Shown: positions 21,568 to 29,853 of the stretch, one piece after another
Position numbering within the stretch: position 1 is the first letter of the stretch
Layout of the letters: the number at the start of each line of letters is the position of its first letter
Assembly (NCBI RefSeq): GCF_000014265.1
Contig: NC_008312.1
Span: 1,890,001 to 1,922,000 of the forward strand
Length of the DNA: 32,000 nt
Origin: Trichodesmium erythraeum IMS101
Lineage (GTDB): Bacteria; Cyanobacteriota; Cyanobacteriia; Cyanobacteriales; Microcoleaceae
Reading direction: 5' to 3'
Position numbers and translations under genes: made by a program
The notes under the pieces: model-generated
What the model was told of the DNA's origin: nothing
Database searches by the model: none
What the model saw: the letters and a program-made list of their open reading frames with translations, nothing else

Positions 21568-23487
21568 ATGTCAAAAACATTCTGGTATTGTCTAATACTT
21601 AGTCCAGCAGTTTTAGGAGCAACTCTTGTTGCATCCTCATACGCTCTGGCGACTGAAAACAAGCAAACTAATACAGTTATTCAGCCTCAAGCTGCAACAA
21701 CTGAAAATATATCAATAAATAATAATATAGATATACAGGAACCTGATCTATTAGCTCAAGTTACTGCAACCAATTCGACTAATTCTGTTGGGAATACACC
21801 TGCAACTACCATACGACAAATTAACCGCTATGGTAGAGAAGGTCGTAATCTTCGTCGACCAGGTCTTCGTAATATTACGAACAATAGGAAACCAATAAAA
21901 GGACAAGTTACTTCTGTATCTCAACTTTCTGATGTTCAGCCTACAGATTGGGCTTTTCAAGCATTACAGTCTTTGGTTGAGCGTTATGGATGTATCGTTG
22001 GATATCCAGATGGTACTTACAGAGGCAACCGTGCCTTAACTCGTTTTGAATTTGCTGCTGGTGTTAATGCTTGCCTAGATAGAGTTATGGAACTTTTACA
22101 AGCAGCTATAGAAGATACCGTAAGTAGAGAAGACCTGGCTATTCTGCAAAGGTTACAGGAGGAATTTTCTGCAGAATTAGCGATTCTCCGGGGTCGTGTT
22201 GATGCTCTAGAAGCTCGTGCTGCTGAATTAGAGGCTAATCAATTTTCTACAACTACTAAACTTAGGGGTGAGGTAATTTTTGCCCTTGTTGATAACTTTG
22301 AAGACCAAGGAAAATATGGAGCATTTGGTGATACTATCCAGGATGAGGATCAAACGGTATTCCAGTATAGGGTACGTCTGAATTTCAATACTAGCTTTTC
22401 TGGTGAAGACTTATTATTTACCAGGTTACAAGCGGGTAATGCTCAAGCATTTAATCAAAAAATAGCTGAGTCTGAGGGACAGCAAACCTTTAATATTCTT
22501 GACCGTACAGATGATACGCTTCAACTAGATAAGCTTTTCTACAAGTTCCCTGTCAGAGATAATATTAGAGTAACTATTGCTGCTAATAAGGTAAGTTGGT
22601 ACGACTTTGTTCCTACACTTAATCCTTATATGGAAGATTTTGATGGAGGCAGCGGTTCTCTAAGTGCTTTTGGTCAAAGAAACCCAATCTATAGGTTAGG
22701 GGGTGGTAAAGGACTTGGAGTTGAGTATGATTTTGGTTGTAAAGACCAATATGCTTGTACCTATAGTCCATTTTCTGTATCTTTTGGATACTTAGCGGCA
22801 GAAGGTGAAAATCCTAGTCAAGGAAAAGGTCTGTTTAATGGAGACTATGCTGCACTAGCGCAACTAACCTTTACTCCCATCAGAAATTTCCAAGTTGGAC
22901 TTACCTACAATAAAGGTTATTTTGGTCCAGGGAACTTTGGATTTGATGATGGTGCAGCCACAGGTCTAGGTGATAATGGTAGTTTAAACAGTGGATTTGT
23001 AGGAACTGGTATTGCTAACAGTGTTTATGGTTTAAATGCTGGACTTAATGATCGTCGACCAGGTTCTGTCAATATTAATAAGTCAGTTTCGACTAATGCT
23101 TATGGTGTAGAAATGTCTTGGCGAGCAGCTGATTGGGTAACTATTAATGGTTTTGGTACATATCTTGATGGGAAACTAATTGGCAAAGGTGATTTTGAAA
23201 TTTGGACTTATGGAGCTACTATTGCTTTCCCTGATTTATTGAAGGAAGGTAGTCTGGCTGGTATTGTTGTAGGTCGGGAACCTTATTTGAATGACTTAGA
23301 ACTTCCTAGTGGTTTAGATTCAGGATTACGACAAGATATGTCATGGCATCTTGAAGCATTCTACAAATATCAACTTACAGACTACATTTCAATTACTCCT
23401 GGTGTGACTGTAATTACAAATGCTAACCAAGATGATGATAACGATGAGTTAATTATTGGTACTATCAGAACTACTTTTCAGTTCTAG
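21568..23487 (+). CDS. Outer-membrane porin with N-terminal SLH domain and OprB-like beta-barrel
   Basis: This 639-aa ORF has a signal peptide (MSKTFWYCLILSPAVLGATLVASSYALA). An SLH motif follows (VSQLSDVQPTDWAFQALQSLVERYGCIVGYPDGTYRGNRALTRFEFAAGVNACL), then a coiled-coil linker (LRGRVDALEARAAELEANQFS). Next is a long beta-rich region with alternating aromatic residues that ends in a terminal F (TIRTTFQF). This architecture is typical of cyanobacterial SLH-OprB porins. Confidence 0.85.
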   Translation: MSKTFWYCLILSPAVLGATLVASSYALATENKQTNTVIQPQAATTENISINNNIDIQEPDLLAQVTATNSTNSVGNTPATTIRQINRYGREGRNLRRPGLRNITNNRKPIKGQVTSVSQLSDVQPTDWAFQALQSLVERYGCIVGYPDGTYRGNRALTRFEFAAGVNACLDRVMELLQAAIEDTVSREDLAILQRLQEEFSAELAILRGRVDALEARAAELEANQFSTTTKLRGEVIFALVDNFEDQGKYGAFGDTIQDEDQTVFQYRVRLNFNTSFSGEDLLFTRLQAGNAQAFNQKIAESEGQQTFNILDRTDDTLQLDKLFYKFPVRDNIRVTIAANKVSWYDFVPTLNPYMEDFDGGSGSLSAFGQRNPIYRLGGGKGLGVEYDFGCKDQYACTYSPFSVSFGYLAAEGENPSQGKGLFNGDYAALAQLTFTPIRNFQVGLTYNKGYFGPGNFGFDDGAATGLGDNGSLNSGFVGTGIANSVYGLNAGLNDRRPGSVNINKSVSTNAYGVEMSWRAADWVTINGFGTYLDGKLIGKGDFEIWTYGATIAFPDLLKEGSLAGIVVGREPYLNDLELPSGLDSGLRQDMSWHLEAFYKYQLTDYISITPGVTVITNANQDDDNDELIIGTIRTTFQF

Positions 23488-23504
23488 TGGTTAGTTGGAA
23501 AGGT

Positions 23505-23526
23505 TAGGGTGGATAATACCACCCTA
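23505..23526 (+). terminator. Hairpin 18 nt downstream of the porin stop (possible terminator)
   Basis: tagggtgg-ataata-ccacccta forms a perfect 8-bp stem. It is followed by an A/T-rich tract (taaattaatt) rather than a clean U-run, so confidence is modest. Confidence 0.35.
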
Positions 23527-23547
23527 TAAATTAATTAAATAGGACTT

Positions 23548-23850
23548 ATTTGATATCCTCTCTGGCTGTTAGCTACTGGAAAATAAACGTATCAAATATA
23601 CTTAGTGAGTTGACGTTTTTTCAGAGCAAAGCTCCACGATTCAAAATGAATACATCCACCTCTCTTTCTATCCTTCTACTTAGGAGATGGGGGTAGGTTA
23701 TATTTATCTTGTGCGTGCGTTTTTTTGTGTCAGATTCCCCGGCGGGTACTAATTAATTAATAATAAAATAATAACACATGTATTCAAAAAAAACAACTAA
23801 AAAGTAGCCCCTTTATGGGCTAGGCTTTAAACTGAATTTTTAGGTAAAGG
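23548..23850 (+). repeat. Dispersed intergenic repeat family, copy C
   Basis: 5' block: atttgatatcctctctggctgttagctactgg. Mid block: cttagtgagttgacgtttttt. GC block: gtgtcagattccccggcgggtactaattaattaa. Tail: aacacatgtattcaaaaaaaacaactaaaaagtagcccctttatgggctaggctttaaactgaatttttaggtaaagg. Confidence 0.6.
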
Positions 23851-24920
23851 GAAACTATAAAATCACATTTGCCCTGCTATATTGTTTAATGGTTTTATGT
23901 TTTGGATAATTACTTATTAAACTTAATATGTGTTATTTAAGTCTTTTTTATTGTTCTGCTAATTCCTTTATTTTTTGATAATTCTTTGGGAGCTTAACAG
24001 GGTATTAGAGTTGACTTGAAGGGAAAAGGGTTAATCTTTAGAGTAAATACATGTCAATCTTAACTCCCTAGTTCCACTCAGAATTGTAGGGTTTAAATCA
24101 CCTCAAAGAATAATGACTGAAACCCTGAATAGATAATCCTTTCAAAAAGCATATAGAGAAAGTTGAAAATTTACAATTGAGCAGGGATACAAAATTAATT
24201 ACACATTTTTTCAAGCTGAATCCCTTATAACGTATATATTATATAAAATTAGTGATGCCTGCAATGAGTGTTTAATGGCTGATAAAGTACAAGGTTTTAG
24301 GAATTTAGGCAATGGGAGATAGGTAAAAGAAATTAACATTAAACTTACCTAATTACCATAAAAATTGCTGAAATTAAAAGTAAAAAATCTCTAATCATGG
24401 AGGTTTAATATTATAAATAGTATATAATATATTAGTTGAAATTAAAAAATCATAAAATACCTAATATCTATATATTTATTTGATTTTATTTTTATTAAAA
24501 ATTAACTAAATAGTAAGGTGAAAATATATACTATAGCTAGCAATCCGATTTTATTCAAATCAAAAATATTGCTACTTTTTGAAAATAGGTTTGGAAACAA
24601 TGGTTAATGGATAAGACTTTGGGAGTTAATTTATAGTTTTTGAATCCTGATTATTTTAGATTCCTATATAAAGAAGATAAAGAAAAAACAAAAATGTATT
24701 TATTGATCAAAATTCATACATAATTTGTCTATAAACTAAAGCAATCATAACTAAATATTAAGTGTAATATCAAAGAATTTAGACATAAGTATGTTAATAC
24801 TGATTTGTACTATTGAGGGTATAAAGCTTAATGGTTGAAGTCTGAATTTTTACGTTCTAATAACTGTTTTCTATCATTTATTTGTAGAGTTATAAGTCTA
24901 AGGTTAGAGATAAATATATC

Positions 24921-25883
24921 ATGCGTATTGCTCATAATATTACAGAATTAGTAGGTCGCACTCCCCTGGTACAATTAAATTCTATTCCTAAAGCAGAAGG
25001 TTGTTTAGCCAAAATAATAGTAAAGCTAGAAGGAATGAATCCCGCTGCCTCAGTTAAGGATCGTATTGGTGTAAATATGATTAATGTAGCGGAGCGCGAA
25101 GGTTTGATTAAACCAGGTAAAACAACATTAGTTGAACCAACGTCTGGAAATACAGGTATTGCTTTGGCAATGGTTGCTGCTGCTAGAGGTTACAAGTTAA
25201 TTTTGACTATGCCAGAAACAATGAGCATGGAGCGTCGTGTTATGTTACGAGCTTATGGGGCAGAGTTAGTATTAACTCCAGGTAGTGAAGGTATGAAAGG
25301 TGCAATTACCAAAGCACAAGAAATTGTGGATTTAAGCAGTAATGGATATTATATGTTACAGCAATTTCAGAATCCAGCTAATCCAGAAATTCATAGCAAA
25401 ACTACAGCTCTAGAAATATGGGAAGATACGGATGGAAAGGTAGATATTCTGGTGGCTGGTGTTGGTACTGGTGGGACAGTTACAGGGGTGGCAGAGACTA
25501 TTAAGGCAAGAAAGCCTGAATTTCAAGCGATCGCTGTTGAACCTTCTAATAGCCCAGTTTTGTCTGGGGGAAAACCAGGACCACATAAAATTCAGGGAAT
25601 AGGAGCTGGTTTTGTGCCAGATGTTTTGGATACGAAGATTATTGATGAGGTGATCCAGGTTCCTGATAGTGAGGCGATGGTTTATGGTCGTCGTATAGCA
25701 AAGGAAGAAGGTATTTTATCTGGTATTTCTACGGGAGCTGCTCTTTGTGCGGCGATCGAAGTAGGTAAGCGTCCAGAAAATGATGGTAAGTTAATAGTCA
25801 TGATTCAGCCTAGTTTTGGGGAGCGTTATTTAAGTACTCCATTGTTTCAAGAACTAGGGCCTACTCTCGCTGAAGTCAGGTAG
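24921..25883 (+). CDS. cysK: Cysteine synthase A (O-acetylserine sulfhydrylase)
   Basis: This 320-aa ORF contains [27 protein letters not shown] (PLP lysine motif), [22 protein letters not shown] and [11 protein letters not shown]. It is collinear with CysK. Confidence 0.93.
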   Translation: MRIAHNITELVGRTPLVQLNSIPKAEGCLAKIIVKLEGMNPAASVKDRIGVNMINVAEREGLIKPGKTTLVEPTSGNTGIALAMVAAARGYKLILTMPETMSMERRVMLRAYGAELVLTPGSEGMKGAITKAQEIVDLSSNGYYMLQQFQNPANPEIHSKTTALEIWEDTDGKVDILVAGVGTGGTVTGVAETIKARKPEFQAIAVEPSNSPVLSGGKPGPHKIQGIGAGFVPDVLDTKIIDEVIQVPDSEAMVYGRRIAKEEGILSGISTGAALCAAIEVGKRPENDGKLIVMIQPSFGERYLSTPLFQELGPTLAEVR

Positions 25884-26810
25884 ATAATTACGGTTTGCTG
25901 AAAAATTATTTTTAAGAAGTAGGAAGTTAGGGGAGTGGTTAGGGACTTTGTATACAATGTATGTATAGGAGGAAGGTCGAATTATATATGAGATAGCCAC
26001 CTATGGATGTCTTTTGATTTTTCTCCAATTATTCTGACCACAATTCTAAATTTTTGAGGGTTTAGGAGGTGATACCTGACCCTTGTTTTTTTATCCTCAA
26101 GGGTAAGAGGGGTAAAAGGGATAAAGAGTATAGTAGTTAAGCAAAATTGCTTAAATCTATCAAAAAAATGCGTTTTTCAACAATACACTTTATTTTTCTC
26201 AACAAACAAATAAAATATTGTCACATGCCTTTTATACTTTGCAACCTTCTTTTTTATTTTTAAAATCTAACAATCTATAGTTAAATTATTGGGTTTGAGA
26301 TATCGGTGACTTCTCATGGTGAAATTACTATTTCATTACCTATTTATATAGAAGCAGATGATACTTTCTGTCGCCTTAGTTTATTTATGTGACTAGATAT
26401 TAGGAAAGTTTAAGCTACAGTACTTCGCTGACTTTCAGATCTATTAAAAAGTTGGTGTCGTGAGATTTTATGTTTGCTTGAAAGCTTACATATTTTGTCT
26501 ATGATTTCTAACAGTTAGATAGAGAATTATCACCTAATTATATATAGTATAGCAGATATTGATAGATAAATTACTCTGAGAAAGAGGATATGTTTTGTTA
26601 AGAATAAGAAGGATGTTTATTGGTATACTCCCGAAGTTATGCTTACAAAGTAAGTATAAAATTATTTACTCAGGGAATATCTAATAGAAGTTTTGATGTG
26701 AAGTGAGACCTTCTTTTTTTATTTATTTTAATATAAATATTATTATAATTATAATGACTGTATATATAATTGTCAACAGCTATATATAGAAAATTAGGAC
26801 GAACCAGATA

Positions 26811-26880
26811 GATAACCCCGGACTTTCATCCTGAGGCTATCGTTCGGAATAGCGCGGGATTTCCCGCCGGGGTAGTTAAA
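26811..26880 (+). repeat. Short GC-rich structured segment related to the 3' GC block of the repeat family (copy E, partial)
   Basis: gggatttcccgccggggtagttaaag resembles copy C, cagattccccggcgggtactaattaa. Nested pairings are visible. These are 26815-26821 with 26867-26873 (accccgg/ccggggt), gctat/atagc at 26836-26840 with 26849-26853, and cggg/cccg at 26855-26858 with 26863-26866. Confidence 0.4.
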
Positions 26881-26944
26881 GCATACGACTAAAAGTTAGG
26901 GTCGGCCTGAGATGCTCTTAGTCTTGGTGTGTCATAAGAGACTG

Positions 26945-27667
26945 CTATTGATTTTCTATAGAACTTGGCTGTTGATTATTTTGATTATTTTCAGAAGTTT
27001 GTGGAACTGGGCTCTGATGATTGGAAGTGGGTTTTAATTGTTGATTAGAGGGAGACTGCTGTTCATTTTCTATAGAATTTGGCTGTTGATGATTTTGATT
27101 ATTTTCAAAAGGTTGTTCTTCTTGGCCTTCAGGTTGTTTGTTAGGCTCGGTAAATACAAAAGCTTTAAGTGATTCACCAATAATACGGTTGTTTACGGAG
27201 TATCCTGGATAGGTAGTATAAACAATCTGGCCACTGGGTTCACAACTGGGGACAGGTTCATGGTTTTCAGGATTAAAGATCTCTCCTGGGTTAGCAATTA
27301 AGAAATGACCAGGAGGGTCGTCGTTAACAATCTCTTTTACTAATTTTAATCCTTTTTCTACCAAGTTCTTTAAATTTGTGGGAATAGGTTCCGGAAATTT
27401 AGCTGCTTCTGGAATTTGTAAATCAGTTAATATTGAATTTTTCAAGTCTTCGACAACTTGAGGAAATTTATATTCTCCTATTGAATTATTGTCAGTAAAA
27501 TATTGACTTCCTTGGTCAAATATATGTTTAGAAAATACATGTTTAATTTTGGCAATCTCTCGTTTACGATGAGCTTTTAAATCTGAATTTATTTGAGATA
27601 AATGATTGAATATTTCTTGACTAACTTTTGTGATTTCTTGATTTTTAAGTTGGATAAATTTGTCAGT
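26945..27667 (-). CDS. GrpE-like nucleotide-exchange-factor module with Q/N-rich repetitive tail; no canonical start codon at its 5' end
   Basis: The frame is open for 241 codons, from just after the TGA at 27668-27670 down to TAG 26945-26947. The first ATG/GTG/TTG is the TTG at 27445. The translation runs DLKAHRKREIAKIKHVFSKHIF ... NLVEKGLKLVKEIV ... GEIFNPENHEPV ... PGYSVNNRIIGESLKAFVF. These follow the order of E. coli GrpE landmarks ([25 protein letters not shown] / VEGIELTLKSMLDVV / PLDPNVHQAI / KGYTLNGRTIRAAMVTV). The assignment rests on my reading of motifs, not on a search. Confidence 0.5.
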   Translation of the reverse strand, partial: TDKFIQLKNQEITKVSQEIFNHLSQINSDLKAHRKREIAKIKHVFSKHIFDQGSQYFTDNNSIGEYKFPQVVEDLKNSILTDLQIPEAAKFPEPIPTNLKNLVEKGLKLVKEIVNDDPPGHFLIANPGEIFNPENHEPVPSCEPSGQIVYTTYPGYSVNNRIIGESLKAFVFTEPNKQPEGQEEQPFENNQNHQQPNSIENEQQSPSNQQLKPTSNHQSPVPQTSENNQNNQQPSSIENQ

Positions 27668-29836
27668 TCAAACATCTCTTTGGGGGCGTGATTCATCAGA
27701 AGTAATTGTGTTACTTGTGTCGCGATCACGATCGCTTAACTTACTTAAAAGAGAACTTTTCAATTTACGGAGTTTTTCATTTTCCCTCTTAAGCTCATTT
27801 ATTAGTATTTCTTGGCTTTGAATTTTTTGGTTTAGCAAGTATACTGTTTCCTTCAGCTCTTGCTTGTGTTTTTGGTTGTATCTTTTTTTTGGCTCTACAA
27901 TCATTAGGTAGATATTATAAAATTTTTCTAGAAGTTTTTTAGGATTTTTAAGTGCATTTTTAAGAGAGTTAATTTGCTGTTTTTCTTGTTCATGATTATG
28001 ATTGGAATACTGAATATCAAAATTATTTAATAACCAATTCAAAAAATCATTATTATTTTTATATACTCTCAAGCAATTTTCCCAATTTTCGGGATTATCA
28101 CTTTGCTGTTTTTGACTTATAATTGTATCCTTAAATTGATTAAATTCCCTAGAGGATGAAACACCATAGGTTAATCGACTCCGCCTGGCGCGAATGATGC
28201 CTGGAGCAACACCGAAAGATGCTGCCCCCTTTAAAATGGCAACACCCGGACGTGGAGGCATAACAATTTTCTTGGCCTTGCTTCCAAACTCTTTTTTAAT
28301 TCGCTGCCGGAGCACAGGGGAAGTAGAAAATCCGCCAACAAGAAAGATGATGTCAACTTCTTCATCTCCCAACTCTTTAAATTGATTTTTAACTGTTGAA
28401 ACTAAACCATCTAAAGTTGGACGGAAAATATTTTCCATTGTTGAGTAACTTAGATGAATATTTTTATCATCCCCGTTTTGTTCATCAGCTAGCTGTTCGA
28501 GGATTTTTGCTTTACGCTTGGAGATAAAATTGTAAAGTCTGGTTGGAATGTTAAAGTAAATAACATCACCACTAGTTTCTGGATCGAAGTTGCACTTTGT
28601 TCGTTCCCACTCCTCCATCATCTTCAAATAATCAACAGGCTCCTGATCATGGAAACCCTTCACCATTTCAGCAGAGAGTTTTTCGGTCAAATATTCTTGA
28701 AAGCTTTTATCTACATATATCGAGCCAAAAGGACCACCTGTCCCAGGAGCTACCTCATCAAGTCCACCATCTTTGACCAACTTATGAACAGTGATACGGA
28801 AAATATTTTCCATTGTTGAGTAGCTTAGATGAATATTTTCATCATCCCCGTTTTGTTCATCAGCTAGCTGTTCGAGGATTTTTGCTTTACGCTTGGAGAT
28901 AAAATTGTAAAGTCTGGTTGGAATGTTAAAGTAAATAACATCACCACTAGTTTCTGGATCGAAGTTGCACTTTGTTCGTTCCCACTCCTCCATCATCTTC
29001 AAATAACCAACAGGATCCTGATCATGGAAACCCTTCACCATTTCAGCAGAGAGTTTTTCGGTCAAATATTCTTGAAAGCTTTTATCTACATATATCGAGC
29101 CAAAAGGACCACCTGTCCCAGGAGCTACCTCATCAAGTCCACCATCTTTGACCAACTTATGAACAGTGATATCGACTGTACCGCCACCGCAGTCAATTAT
29201 CATAATCTTATTACCAGGTGTTAGTGCATTTTTATCTTCCTCTTGGCAAAAGATAGCAGCTGCTTCTGGCTCTAATACAAGGAAAAGACGTTCAGCTTCA
29301 TCATCAGAGGAATTAATTAATCCAGCTTTTCGTGCCGCACGACGCATCAAATCTTTATCTTCATTTTTCCAAATTGCTGGTATACTTAAACACCACCTAA
29401 TTTCTTGATCCTTTAATTCTCCAGAGGTACTGTTTTTAATTTCCTTGAGAGCTTCGTCTTTAATGAGACGAATATATTTAGCTATCAAGTCAATAACATA
29501 AATTTTTTCTCCGTTATTTTTATTAATGACATAAGGTCAACTTTCGTCTTTTTTACCAGAATGTAACTCCATTTTAAAGTTACGGGTAAAGTAATAATCT
29601 TTAGCAGTTCCCTGAGCACGAAATTGAGCCAGTTTTTTCATTGCTGTATAGCCCCAAGCTTCTACTTCTCCTGTAGAAGAAAGCAATAAATAGGTTGCGG
29701 TTTTAGGATAAGACATGGGGTTATCAGGCCACAGGTCTCGAAAGACAGAAACGTCCGACTCTTTAAACTTATAAGCAAACCCAGAACGAGATGTTCCGAA
29801 GTCAATTGCTACGACGACCTCAAATGATTTGTCCAT
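27668..29836 (-). pseudogene. HSPA12-type Hsp70-superfamily ATPase, interrupted by an in-frame TGA and carrying a 125-codon internal duplication
   Basis: ORF pieces 29836-29537 (99 aa) and 29488-27668 (606 aa) are in the same frame, and the 16 codons between them are also open. Motifs are VVVAIDFGTSRSGFAY (phosphate 1), FKMELH, IRWCLSIPAIWKNEDKDLMRRAARKAGL, LVLEPEAAAIFC, IIDCGGGTVDITVH (phosphate 2), GGPFGSIYVD, IIFLVGGFSTSPVL (adenosine motif) and AILKGAASFGV ... RRSRLTYGV. These are collinear with the HSPA12A/B branch rather than DnaK. The C-terminus is coiled-coil and Q/N/K-rich, with no DnaK-type substrate-binding domain. Confidence 0.8.
28422..29171. repeat. Tandem direct duplication, 2 x 375 bp, near-identical, in frame within the Hsp70-like gene
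   Basis: Unit 28422-28796 repeats at 28797-29171. Both begin cggaaaatattttccattgttgagta and end cttatgaacagtgata. I see only about 5 mismatches (gtaactt/gtagctt, atattttta/atattttca, aataatcaacaggctcc/aataaccaacaggatcc). At protein level, ITVHKLVKDGGLDEV ... HLSYSTMENIFR occurs twice. Confidence 0.95.
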
Positions 29837-29853
29837 CTAATTTACCTAATTTA

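Noticed and set aside
23700-23760. Group II intron or diversity-generating-retroelement repeats as an explanation for the dispersed repeat family (gtgcg at about 23708 looks like an intron 5' end).
   Set aside because: No copy has a domain V-like 34-nt hairpin (GAGCCGTAT ... ACGGTTC type), and no reverse-transcriptase frame is present. The copies are intergenic rather than at the 3' ends of C-type-lectin-fold ORFs, and they do not differ mainly at adenines.
24090-24140. The CRISPR-like unit gtagggtttaaatcacctcaaagaataatgactgaaaccct has a terminal 7-bp inverted repeat.
   Set aside because: It occurs only once. I found no regularly spaced direct repeats anywhere in the window, so there is no CRISPR array.
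26140-26160. The near-palindrome ttaagcaaaattgcttaa, and several short hairpins followed by T-runs in the 25.9-26.8 kb spacer (e.g. gaag-tgagac-cttc-ttttttt near 26700), considered as terminators or sRNA ends.
   Set aside because: The stems are only 4-8 bp of mostly A/T pairs and are expected by chance in DNA this AT-rich. There is no associated promoter-like element or conservation evidence.
26811-26835. The minus-strand sequence caggatgaaagtccgggg resembles the universally conserved GAGGAAAGUCCGGGC box of RNase P RNA.
   Set aside because: It is only a roughly 12/15 match. The flanking minus-strand sequence turns into unstructured AT-rich DNA within 30 nt. None of the other conserved RNase P regions, and no GC-rich structured RNA of about 400 nt, is present. 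It is better explained as part of the GC block of the dispersed repeat.
27668-29539. The two in-frame TGA codons in the Hsp70-like/GrpE-like frame could encode selenocysteine.
   Set aside because: The 40-60 nt immediately 3' of each TGA on the minus strand (CCTTATGTCATTAATAAAAATAACGG ... and ACTGACAAATTTATCCAACTTAAAAATC ...) are AT-rich, with no SECIS-like stem-loop. Neither position is a redox-type CxxU context.
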